Source: a virus
Taxonomy: Duplodnaviria > Heunggongvirae > Uroviricota > Caudoviricetes
Length of the DNA stretch: 64,000 bases
Virus record (IMG/VR): IMGVR_UViG_3300029746_000007
Coordinates: 19,505 to 83,504 of that record
Direction: 5' to 3' (one strand)
In this document: positions 19,829 through 27,865 of the stretch, in pieces
How the letters are laid out: each line of letters opens with the position of its first letter
Numbering within the stretch: the stretch's first letter is position 1
Program-made: the position numbers and the translations under genes
Notes under the pieces: generated by a model
Databases searched by the model: none
What the model was told of the DNA's origin: nothing
Seen by the model: the letters and a program-made list of their open reading frames with translations, nothing else

Positions 19829-20153
19829 TATATTCTTTTATTAAAGCCTTTACTCGTTCTGAAAATACTTCATCTATAATTTCTCCAAAACTAACGTGTG
19901 CATCTTTAGCGAATTCTTCTTTTGGTAATTGAGAATTATCCTTTTTTGATTTGCTATAATCTGTGAATAAGTCATTGGGTGTACAATGGAATAAAACACA
20001 AAGTTTTTGAAGAGTTTCAAATTGAATACTTGTTGCCTCTCCTTTATATAATGCATAGAAAGTAGATCTTGATATCCCAAGATATTTTATTATTTCTCCT
20101 TTTGATAATTCACAGTCGTTAATAAATTCAGAAATATTTATCTTCATCTTCAT
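19806..20153 (-). CDS. XRE-family HTH transcriptional repressor (CI-like)
   Basis: N-terminus ELSKGEIIKYLGISRSTFYALYKGEATSIQFETLQKLCVLFHCTPNDLF fits the HTH_3 pattern; it is the only convincing minus-strand gene and diverges from the toxin promoter. Confidence 0.8.
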   Translation of the reverse strand: MKMKINISEFINDCELSKGEIIKYLGISRSTFYALYKGEATSIQFETLQKLCVLFHCTPNDLFTDYSKSKKDNSQLPKEEFAKDAHVSFGEIIDEVFSERVKALIKEYNEKDDTK

Positions 20154-20187
20154 ACCTCCTTTATATATGTAAAAGGATGCTCGAATT

Positions 20188-20196
20188 ATTATAACA
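20188..20196 (-). promoter_or_regulatory. candidate extended -10 element (TGTTATAAT) for the repressor gene
   Basis: reverse complement of ATTATAACA; located about 35 nt upstream of the minus-strand ATG. Confidence 0.3.
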
Positions 20197-20270
20197 TATA
20201 CTAAACATATTGGAAAGTATTAAAAATCGAACTAAAAATGATAAAAAGTACGTTATATAAGACAAAATAC

Positions 20271-20299
20271 TTGACAAACAGTCTGAAATATCGTACAAT
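20271..20299 (+). promoter_or_regulatory. sigma-A type promoter TTGACA-17nt-TACAAT
   Basis: exact -35 consensus at 20271..20276, 17-nt spacer, TACAAT at 20294..20299; about 40 nt upstream of the toxin ATG. Confidence 0.65.
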
Positions 20300-20341
20300 A
20301 CATTCAAAGGTAAGCAATACATAACGAAAGGAGGAATACAT

Positions 20342-20743
20342 ATGGAAAGTAAAAGAAATTTACATCGCTACGATATAATTGAAGCAGAAATTATAATGAA
20401 AGAAACATCTGGATCAATACAGAAGAAAAAACGTCCATATGTGATAGTTGGCAATGAGTTAGGCACAGCAACTGCTCCAACTGTAATTGCTATGCCTTTA
20501 ACTCATGTAATAAAAAGAAAAAATATGCCGGTGCATGGTTGTATTGAAGCTAAAGAAGGAAATGGATTACATCTGTACTCGATGGTTCTTGGCGAACAAC
20601 CTCAGACATTGGACAAAAATCATGAAATCATCAAAAAACTTGGTAATATTGCAGATCAAAAACAAAGAGATATTGTAAATAAAGTTTGCTTTAATACATT
20701 GTTTTACGGTGAAAATATTAAATGGGAGGAAGTGTTAGCATGA
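20342..20743 (+). CDS. mazF: MazF/PemK/EndoA-family endoribonuclease toxin homolog
   Basis: aligns along its length with B. subtilis EndoA (recalled from memory): KKRPYVIVGNELGTATAPTVIAMPLTHVIKRKNMPVHGCIEAKEGNGL vs [61 protein letters not shown] RBS. Confidence 0.75.
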   Translation: MESKRNLHRYDIIEAEIIMKETSGSIQKKKRPYVIVGNELGTATAPTVIAMPLTHVIKRKNMPVHGCIEAKEGNGLHLYSMVLGEQPQTLDKNHEIIKKLGNIADQKQRDIVNKVCFNTLFYGENIKWEEVLA

Positions 20744-21030
20744 TGAGTATTAATATTGTAGATAAAAAAACAGCTAAACAAATAATAGATAATGCACCTG
20801 TAGATAAAATTACAATAATCTGCTTGGATAGAAAAACACTTATACATGAGAAACCAGAAAGAAGAGAAAAAAAATATGGAAAAGAATTAGTAGAAATTGC
20901 GAAAAGCATTTCTTATGATGAAAATGATATTTTTGGAATTCTCTCGCTTGATGGAGAATTGAAAAGTAATCGTGATATTCTAAGAAATATTCTTTTCCCT
21001 AAATGGAATAAAACAAACAAATGTTCGTAA
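20740..21030 (+). CDS. hypothetical protein (overlaps the end of the toxin gene)
   Basis: ATG at 20740 preceded by GGGAGGAAG; the ORF-track start at 20722 contains the RBS itself. Confidence 0.4.
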   Translation: MMSINIVDKKTAKQIIDNAPVDKITIICLDRKTLIHEKPERREKKYGKELVEIAKSISYDENDIFGILSLDGELKSNRDILRNILFPKWNKTNKCS

Positions 21031-21093
21031 AGATGTTGACAAGAACATTTGTTCGAAGCTATAATAAACATGTCGAAAATAACAGAATAAAAA

Positions 21094-21134
21094 AGGCAAG
21101 TTCACATAATGGGCTGCCACCCGTGAACTTGCCT
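21094..21134 (-). terminator. hairpin that acts as a rho-independent terminator for leftward transcription
   Basis: 12-bp perfect stem AGGCAAGTTCAC/GTGAACTTGCCT with a 17-nt loop; an A6 run on the plus side gives a T-run on the minus strand. Confidence 0.45.
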
Positions 21135-21358
21135 AGTGAATTAACACCATAGCCGTTAACGACTATAACTATATTATTACATATTATCAAGAATATAGTC
21201 AAGGCAAATTCTGCCAATTTTTCGCAAATGTAATAATTAAATATTGTAACTCTGTGAAAGAGAATACGTTCTTGAACGATAAAAGACGTACAAGGTTTAT
21301 TTCTTGTGTCATTTTATCGAAATCGAGGATTATTTCTTGAAAATATTTTTATGAAAGG

Positions 21359-22078
21359 GTGATTTCTTTGGGCTATTTTATGCTCGTTTGTCGCAAAAAG
21401 AAGCTCTACTTACGCATTGGCGAAGGTGGAAGTCCTATTGTTTGTGGCAAAAAGGAAGCAAAAGTCTTCGATGAAATAAAAGCACAGAATGTTTTAGATC
21501 ATCTGCCAAAAGCATTGCAAAAGATGAATTTTGTAAAAGAGCCGGTAGTACAATCTGAGCTTAATATTTCTGATGAAGAAGAAATTCCAAGAAAAAAGAT
21601 AGTAATTGTTGAAAAAACTGTGGTAAAAAACACTTCTTATAATAAGAAGACAAAGAAAGTTATCAAAAATACTTCTTATAAAACACCACAAAATGTTATG
21701 AATTGGGTCGATAGAGTAACGCAATGCAACGATTTGTTCTTAGATGCCGAAGAGAGAAGACGTGAATTGCTAGACTGCTTATCAAATACGGATAAGAATC
21801 TATCGAATATATTACATAAAATTGAACTTGAAGATGATATGAATGCCTGCATGGGCTTCATGCAATACAAAAAGATAAGAGAATGTCTCCGTCGTAGAAG
21901 AATAGTAAAAGATGAAATATACATATTAGATGTAATTCTTGCGAAGCCAACTGGTGAACATAAAATCCCTTCATCACAAAAAATACTAGGAAGTGTAAAA
22001 CATTTGGAGAATAGAGTATTCAAAGTAAGAGAAACAGAAGATATTGAATGGCTTGACAAATTATGTGAGGGGGAGTGA
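21359..22078 (+). CDS. hypothetical basic protein
   Basis: 239-aa ORF; start uncertain (GTG at 21359 or ATG at 21380). Confidence 0.4.
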   Translation: MISLGYFMLVCRKKKLYLRIGEGGSPIVCGKKEAKVFDEIKAQNVLDHLPKALQKMNFVKEPVVQSELNISDEEEIPRKKIVIVEKTVVKNTSYNKKTKKVIKNTSYKTPQNVMNWVDRVTQCNDLFLDAEERRRELLDCLSNTDKNLSNILHKIELEDDMNACMGFMQYKKIRECLRRRRIVKDEIYILDVILAKPTGEHKIPSSQKILGSVKHLENRVFKVRETEDIEWLDKLCEGE

Positions 22079-22083
22079 TACCG

Positions 22084-22773
22084 ATGGCATCTTTAAAAGA
22101 TATGGAAGATAACAACTTGGAAGACACTGACGAATACAGAAAGAGAGAAGCTTGGATTGAGAAAATTTGTAATGAATATGCGAGTGATAATTTGCGAAAA
22201 CTCAAAATGTTCATTTCGAAAAAAATAAGTGCATTTGGAATTTCGCATAATGATCAAAGATATTTGGACTTTATAAGTATGGCGAATTGGCAATTATATA
22301 TGCTATTAAGAACTTTTGACCCAGATAAAAACGATTCAGTACATGGATACATAGAAGCGAAAATTGTTTATAAGATGAATACTGCATTGAGAGATGTGAG
22401 TACACAAAAACTTGTTAATTATGCAAGAGATGAGAACGGGAATATAAAAGAAGATGAAGATGGATATCGAACAATTATAACAAATGTCTCTTTAGAATAT
22501 AAAAATGAAGATGGATATTCTGTTGGAGATGTTTGTAAATCTAAATTCGATATACATAAAGAAGCATTTGGCGAAGAATATAGCGATGAGTATTACAAGT
22601 ATATGGCGAAACTTGGCAAAAAAGAACGAAGAGTTGCCAAGAAAATTGCGCAAGGATATTCACAACCTGAGATTGCTGAAATTTTACATATGACAATAAA
22701 TGAAGTCCAAGATTGTGTAAGAGAAATGAAAGAAACAAAAAATGTTTCGATATTTTATAAGAGGAAGTACTAG
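22084..22773 (+). CDS. sigma-70 family (ECF-like) sigma factor
   Basis: region-2-like FISMANWQLYMLLRTFDPDKNDSVHGYIEAKIVYKMNTALRD and region-4 HTH KKERRVAKKIAQGYSQPEIAEILHMTINEVQDCV; GGGGGAG RBS before the ATG at 22084. Confidence 0.55.
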   Translation: MASLKDMEDNNLEDTDEYRKREAWIEKICNEYASDNLRKLKMFISKKISAFGISHNDQRYLDFISMANWQLYMLLRTFDPDKNDSVHGYIEAKIVYKMNTALRDVSTQKLVNYARDENGNIKEDEDGYRTIITNVSLEYKNEDGYSVGDVCKSKFDIHKEAFGEEYSDEYYKYMAKLGKKERRVAKKIAQGYSQPEIAEILHMTINEVQDCVREMKETKNVSIFYKRKY

Positions 22774-22775
22774 GT

Positions 22776-24221
22776 ATGTGTATGTATGGAAGAGATAAGA
22801 CAAAAAAAGATCCTTATATGATAAGAATCATAATGAAAATGTTTAGTAGAGGTGAATTACATAAAGATTATATTCTCCAAAGGCAAAGTGGACAGTTTGA
22901 TATAGAAACTCGTGATGGCTTAGTTGCCTCAATTTTACGATCAGAAGATATCGATCCAATTAAATTATGTGAGCAGTTGATTGGAGAAAGAATAATCATT
23001 TGGTTAATTGATGGATTACAGAGAATTACAACCTGCGATGATTTTCGAAATGGAAAATTTAAAATGGGCAAAAATCTCAGGATGCCATATACATATTATC
23101 AGAAAGATGGACAGGTTGTTGAATTCGACATGAGAGGAAAGGGTTGGTCAGATCTTCCAGAAGAATTACAGGATAGATTTGATGACTATTCATTTGATGT
23201 TGTAAAACATCTGGATTGTACAGATGAAGAAATTGCGTATCATATGGCAAGATGTAACCGTTGTGCAAAGATGAATGCAAATCAGAAGGGAATATTATAT
23301 ATGTACAAAATTGCCGGATACGTTAAAAAGCTTTCACAGAATCATAGATTTTTCTTCGATTGTGGAAATTATACATCTACTGAAAAGAAAAAAGGTGTAA
23401 TAGATCGTGTGGTAAATGAAACAATTATGCTGATTTATCATCTTGACGATTGGAAACGTGGAAAAGCAATGAACATTTATTTGAATGAAAATGCAAACAA
23501 AGAAGAATTTGATGAATTTGAAAACGAATTAGACAGATTGAATAAATTTATTGACCAGGGCACAACTGGAAAGCTTTTTAATAGTAAAGATAGTTTGTTG
23601 TGGTTTGCTACATATCATGAGTTCCTTACATATAACCTTGACGATGAAAAATTTGACGGATTCTTAAAAGAGTTTATGTCTACATTAAAAGATAAGAAAT
23701 TTAAAGAGTATGATGACATGTCATTTGAAGAATACGGAAAACAGAAAAGCACGAAGGATAGAAAGGTAATTATTACTAAGATGGACATGCTTGAAAAACT
23801 CATGAAAGAGTACTTACATATTGAAGACATTGACGAAGTTGAATTGCCAGAAGAAGTAAAAAATGAAGAAACCCCGTCACTTGATGATGAATTAGAACCA
23901 ATTGAATTCTTACATAAATACGTAAGTACTGAGATTACAGAAAATGATCTGGACGAATATTATGATGACATTAATTATTTCACTAAAAAAAGGCTGATAC
24001 CAAAGGATCACAACCTTATAAATGAAAAGAATGAGATATCATTCCTTGCTATTGTTGCATATGCGATGAGAAAAGAGAAAGATAATGAATTTGAAATGTG
24101 GCTCAAGCGATATGCGATTACACATAGAAGTGTTACTGCAAAAACGCAGCGAGATAATTATATCGAAATGGTGAATAATTTTGAGAGAGCATTAAATATG
24201 AAAAGAGGTGTGGTTGCATAA
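22776..24221 (+). CDS. DUF262 (ParB-like) domain protein, 481 aa with acidic C-terminal region
   Basis: motifs YILQRQSGQFD and IDGLQRITTCDDF match the DUF262 signatures; no DUF1524/HNH partner domain is visible. Confidence 0.55.
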   Translation: MCMYGRDKTKKDPYMIRIIMKMFSRGELHKDYILQRQSGQFDIETRDGLVASILRSEDIDPIKLCEQLIGERIIIWLIDGLQRITTCDDFRNGKFKMGKNLRMPYTYYQKDGQVVEFDMRGKGWSDLPEELQDRFDDYSFDVVKHLDCTDEEIAYHMARCNRCAKMNANQKGILYMYKIAGYVKKLSQNHRFFFDCGNYTSTEKKKGVIDRVVNETIMLIYHLDDWKRGKAMNIYLNENANKEEFDEFENELDRLNKFIDQGTTGKLFNSKDSLLWFATYHEFLTYNLDDEKFDGFLKEFMSTLKDKKFKEYDDMSFEEYGKQKSTKDRKVIITKMDMLEKLMKEYLHIEDIDEVELPEEVKNEETPSLDDELEPIEFLHKYVSTEITENDLDEYYDDINYFTKKRLIPKDHNLINEKNEISFLAIVAYAMRKEKDNEFEMWLKRYAITHRSVTAKTQRDNYIEMVNNFERALNMKRGVVA

Positions 24222-24757
24222 TGAAAACAATGAAATTATCCGATATTAAAATTACGGAGGCTTTTGAAAGTACTCATCCAAGTCCAGATAAAATTAGGAA
24301 GAAAAAAGAGCAGTGGCTAAAGACTGGTAGACAGGGGAAATACATAGTTGTAAATAAAGATGGATATCTTGTAGATGGATATATTACATATCTTATTATG
24401 AAAGAGTTAGGCGTTGAAAAAGCGAAAATTATTAAAAAGAAATCATGGATGAATCCGATTGAAAGTTTGGAAATTAAAGAACCTGCCTATAGAACAGAGA
24501 ATACTACATATGTGTGGGGTGTTCATCCAAATTCTCCGGATAATAAACTGTATGTTTGGAGAGTTCCGAATGGTGGAAACTGGAATGAATTCAAAAAGAA
24601 TATAACCGTAGGAGATATGATTTTCTGTTACGCAAAAGGGAAGGTGTCTCCGGTGATCATTAAAGCGATTCAGACTACAGATGTTTGCCCGACACCATTG
24701 GATGTGAAGAAGGTTTGTAGTAAGAATATTGTGAAAGAAAGTGAGAACAATGCCTGA
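24221..24757 (+). CDS. ParB N-terminal-like domain protein with C-terminal PUA/EVE-like region
   Basis: GKYIVVNKDGYLVDGYITYLIMKELGVEKAKII fits the ParB N-domain pattern; C-terminal YVWGVHPNSPDNKLYVWRVPNGGNW block suggests an EVE/PUA-type fold; ATGA overlap with the upstream gene. Confidence 0.45.
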   Translation: MKTMKLSDIKITEAFESTHPSPDKIRKKKEQWLKTGRQGKYIVVNKDGYLVDGYITYLIMKELGVEKAKIIKKKSWMNPIESLEIKEPAYRTENTTYVWGVHPNSPDNKLYVWRVPNGGNWNEFKKNITVGDMIFCYAKGKVSPVIIKAIQTTDVCPTPLDVKKVCSKNIVKESENNA

Positions 24758-24922
24758 TATTACGATGTGCATGAGTAAAGATTGTCCCAAAAAGAATGAA
24801 TGTTATCGTTCTATGGCAAAACCAGATAAATATTATCAAAGCTATGCTGATTATGGAAAGATTTGCTTAGAAAATGATTATAAATACTTTTGGGAAACAA
24901 TTGTTCAAAAGAAAGAATAAAT
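24755..24922 (+). CDS. small Cys-rich protein (CxxC-like)
   Basis: MCMSKDCPKKNECYRS; its stop codon lies inside a 22-bp direct repeat. Confidence 0.3.
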
Positions 24923-24929
24923 CAATAGA
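24908..24929. repeat. 22-bp direct repeat copy 1 (AAAGAAAGAATAAATCAATAGA)
   Basis: exact second copy at 25165..25186. Confidence 0.8.
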
Positions 24930-25164
24930 TAATATTTCTGGTAGCCACTAAGCAGGGTAATTATCGTGTCGGATAATTACGCCAGTGTTCACAAACAAGT
25001 TCCCATCTGTTAAGACGGAACCGCTTGTATGCACGTACGTGCACCTTTGGTCTACTCATACAATCAACTCCTTTCATGTGTCGTTAAGGTTTAAATACCA
25101 TACGATCACTTGGGACAAGTTGAAATTGCACTTAGTGACTACCATTAATATACATTATACGTCT

Positions 25165-25186
25165 AAAGAAAGAATAAATCAATAGA
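25165..25186. repeat. 22-bp direct repeat copy 2
   Basis: exact copy of 24908..24929; the pair flanks a 235-bp GC-richer segment. Confidence 0.8.
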
Positions 25187-25422
25187 CATGAATTTTAGGT
25201 TTCAAAGGCAGAAAAGTTTGGCGACCGACCTGCCTAAGAAACCCAGGATAACAAAGGATAAACCTTGTTAGTTCTTATTATAAATAGTTCTAATGGCTTG
25301 GTCAAGTCAGTTTTATCCTTAAGAAATTAAAAATATCGCAGGTGGTTTTGCTCCTGAAGGTGAGTATCAATACAAACCAGAATCTATGTAAATAATATGT
25401 GTAAAGATTTGAGGTTTTGGAT

Positions 25423-25515
25423 ACCTATAGAATTACATTGGTACAAAACCGAAATCCATCTGCAAGTCCTGTCCAAACAGATTCAGACACCTATAGAATT
25501 ACATTGGTACAAAAC
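25423..25515. CRISPR. CRISPR-like minimal unit: two identical 27-bp repeats (ACCTATAGAATTACATTGGTACAAAAC) around a 39-bp GC-richer unique spacer
   Basis: repeat 1 at 25423..25449, spacer 25450..25488, repeat 2 at 25489..25515; the flanks differ; iterons are an alternative reading. Confidence 0.35.
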
Positions 25516-25595
25516 AGAGATATCTAATTTAACATAGTAACAAAAAACATAATTAAAATTAATATACAAATTTATATAAGTAATGAGGTGATAAA

Positions 25596-25745
25596 AATGT
25601 TCATGTTGGTAACACATATTATATTGATGCTATTTTGCATATATGAAGTGGCTTATCAGGATAGAAAATCTCAAAAAGCCATATGGACATGCATGGCGAT
25701 ATGTTGGCTTGGAATGATACTTTGTGATATTCCGACGGTGTTTTG
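25596..25745 (+). CDS. small membrane protein (2 predicted TM helices)
   Basis: AATGAGGTGATAAAA RBS; MFMLVTHIILMLFCIYEV ... AIWTCMAICWLGMILC. Confidence 0.3.
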
Positions 25746-25789
25746 ACAACCGGAAGAAGAAATATATAACAAGAAAGGAAATAAAAAAC

Positions 25790-27847
25790 ATGGAAGGTTT
25801 TATTAAATTTAAGAGTGAATTACAGAAGCATTTTGAAGAAATGCAGGAAAATGTAACGCAGTTATTTGAAGTAGATGTTGATAAAGATGAGCTTTGGAAT
25901 ACATATCTTGATAGTTTTTCGGCTGGAACAAATGAAATTTTCAGAGAAAGAAGAGAACATGATTGTAGTTGCTGTAGACATTTTATTAAGAATATTGGTG
26001 CAGCAGTATCTATTAAAGACAATAAAATACATACGATTTGGGAACTTAATCTTGGTGATACTACATATCAGCCAGTATGCGATGCGCTTGATAAATATGT
26101 AAAAGCTCATTCTGTTATCGGCATGTATACTAGTAAGTTTAAAAATATTGGAACTGATTACAATTACGAAGAAATTAATGGAAAGCCACATAAATGGGAT
26201 CATTTCTTCTTGACGTTGCCTAGAAGATTTGTGAATGAATCAAATAAGTCAAATGAAGAAGTAAAGGGACAGTTCAGAGATACAAGAAATGTATTCAAAC
26301 GATCGCTTGATGAAATCACAATGGATGCGGTTAATACAATTCTTGAATTGATTAATTCTAACACTCTTTATAAAGGAGAAGAATGGAAAGCTGTACTTAC
26401 TGAATTCAAAAAATACAAGAAAGAATATGACAAATTATCAAGCGAATCAGAAAAAGAATTATATGCATGGGAGAAATCAGCAACGGCAGGCATGACGATC
26501 GGAAGAATTAGAAATCATTCTATCGGGACGCTTCTCGTAAATGTAAGTAATGATATGGATCTTGACACTGCTGTTAAAAAATATGAGCAGATTGTAGCTC
26601 CGGCAAATTATAAAAGACCGAAAGCTATTTTTACAAAGAAAATGCTTGAAGATGCTAAGAAAACAATTACAGAACTCGGTTATATGGAATCATTGCAGAG
26701 AAGATTCGCAAACTTAAATGATATTACAGTAAACAATGTACTGTTTTCAAATAAGAGCGCAACAGGAAGGATGCTTGGAGCAGATGACATTTTCGGTCAG
26801 ATGGAAAAAGAAGTAGTCACAAGTCCGAAGAAATTTTCAAAGGTTGAAGAGATTCCTGTGCAAGATTTTATTGATAAGGTACTTCCAACTGCAAAAGAAG
26901 TCGAAGCATATGTAGAGAATAAGCATGAAAAGAATTTTGTATCTATGATTGCTCCTGTGAATCCGAACTCTAAACCGATGTTTAAATGGGGGAATAGACT
27001 TAGCTGGGCATACACAGGTAATATTACCGATTCTGACATGAAACAGAAAGTAAAGGCAGCCGGTGGAAATGTAGAAGGAGTATTAAGATTCTCTATTCAG
27101 TGGAACGAAGACGGACGAGATAATTGTGATCTTGATGCACATTGTATCGAGCCAGACAAGAATCATATTTATTTTGGCAATTGTAGAAAACCACGTCCAT
27201 CTAAGATGACAGGAGAGTTAGATGTTGACGTAATTAATCCTTGTGGTCGTGTTGCTGTAGAAAATATTACTTGGTCTGATTTATCAAAGATGAAACCGGG
27301 TGTGTATAAGTTCTTTGTAAATCAGTTTAGCGGATCTGTTAGGAAAGGATTTAGAGCAGAAATTGAATTTAATGGAGAGTTGTATAAATTTGATTATAAC
27401 AAATCTATGAGAAGTGGAGAAAATGTACAAGTTGCAGAAGTGACACTTGACAAAGATGGTAATTTTTCTATCAAAGAGGAACTTGCTGGAAATTCTTCAA
27501 TTTCAAGCCATGAAGTTTGGGGTGTAAATACAAATAAATTTATTCCCGTTTCTGTCATTAGTTATAGTCCGAATTATTTTGATGGTCAGGACGGAATTGG
27601 ACATAGACATTTGTTCTTTTTCTTAAAAGATTGTGTAAATGCTGAAGAACCAAATGGGTTCTATAATGAATTTTTAAAGCAGGATTTACAAAAGCACAAA
27701 AGAGTATTTGAGGCTCTTGGAGCGAAATGTCATGTAGAAGACACAGAAGATCAGCTTTCTGGAATCGGATTCTCTATGACAAAAAGATCGGATTTGATTG
27801 TAAAAGTCAAGGGTGCGACAGAGCGTGTGATGAAGATTAAATTTTAA
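25790..27847 (+). CDS. large hypothetical protein (686 aa), no recognised domain
   Basis: long uninterrupted ORF; AGAAAGGAAATAAAAAAC RBS before the ATG at 25790 (the ORF track starts at an upstream GTG at 25724). Confidence 0.6.
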   Translation: MEGFIKFKSELQKHFEEMQENVTQLFEVDVDKDELWNTYLDSFSAGTNEIFRERREHDCSCCRHFIKNIGAAVSIKDNKIHTIWELNLGDTTYQPVCDALDKYVKAHSVIGMYTSKFKNIGTDYNYEEINGKPHKWDHFFLTLPRRFVNESNKSNEEVKGQFRDTRNVFKRSLDEITMDAVNTILELINSNTLYKGEEWKAVLTEFKKYKKEYDKLSSESEKELYAWEKSATAGMTIGRIRNHSIGTLLVNVSNDMDLDTAVKKYEQIVAPANYKRPKAIFTKKMLEDAKKTITELGYMESLQRRFANLNDITVNNVLFSNKSATGRMLGADDIFGQMEKEVVTSPKKFSKVEEIPVQDFIDKVLPTAKEVEAYVENKHEKNFVSMIAPVNPNSKPMFKWGNRLSWAYTGNITDSDMKQKVKAAGGNVEGVLRFSIQWNEDGRDNCDLDAHCIEPDKNHIYFGNCRKPRPSKMTGELDVDVINPCGRVAVENITWSDLSKMKPGVYKFFVNQFSGSVRKGFRAEIEFNGELYKFDYNKSMRSGENVQVAEVTLDKDGNFSIKEELAGNSSISSHEVWGVNTNKFIPVSVISYSPNYFDGQDGIGHRHLFFFLKDCVNAEEPNGFYNEFLKQDLQKHKRVFEALGAKCHVEDTEDQLSGIGFSMTKRSDLIVKVKGATERVMKIKF

Positions 27848-27865
27848 TTAAAGGAGAATATAAAC

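Noticed and set aside
25423-25515. Interpretation of the 27-bp repeats as a bona fide CRISPR array
   Set aside because: Not rejected outright, but only two repeats are present, there is no cas gene and no recognisable leader, so iterons or operators are equally possible. It was kept as a low-confidence feature and finding.
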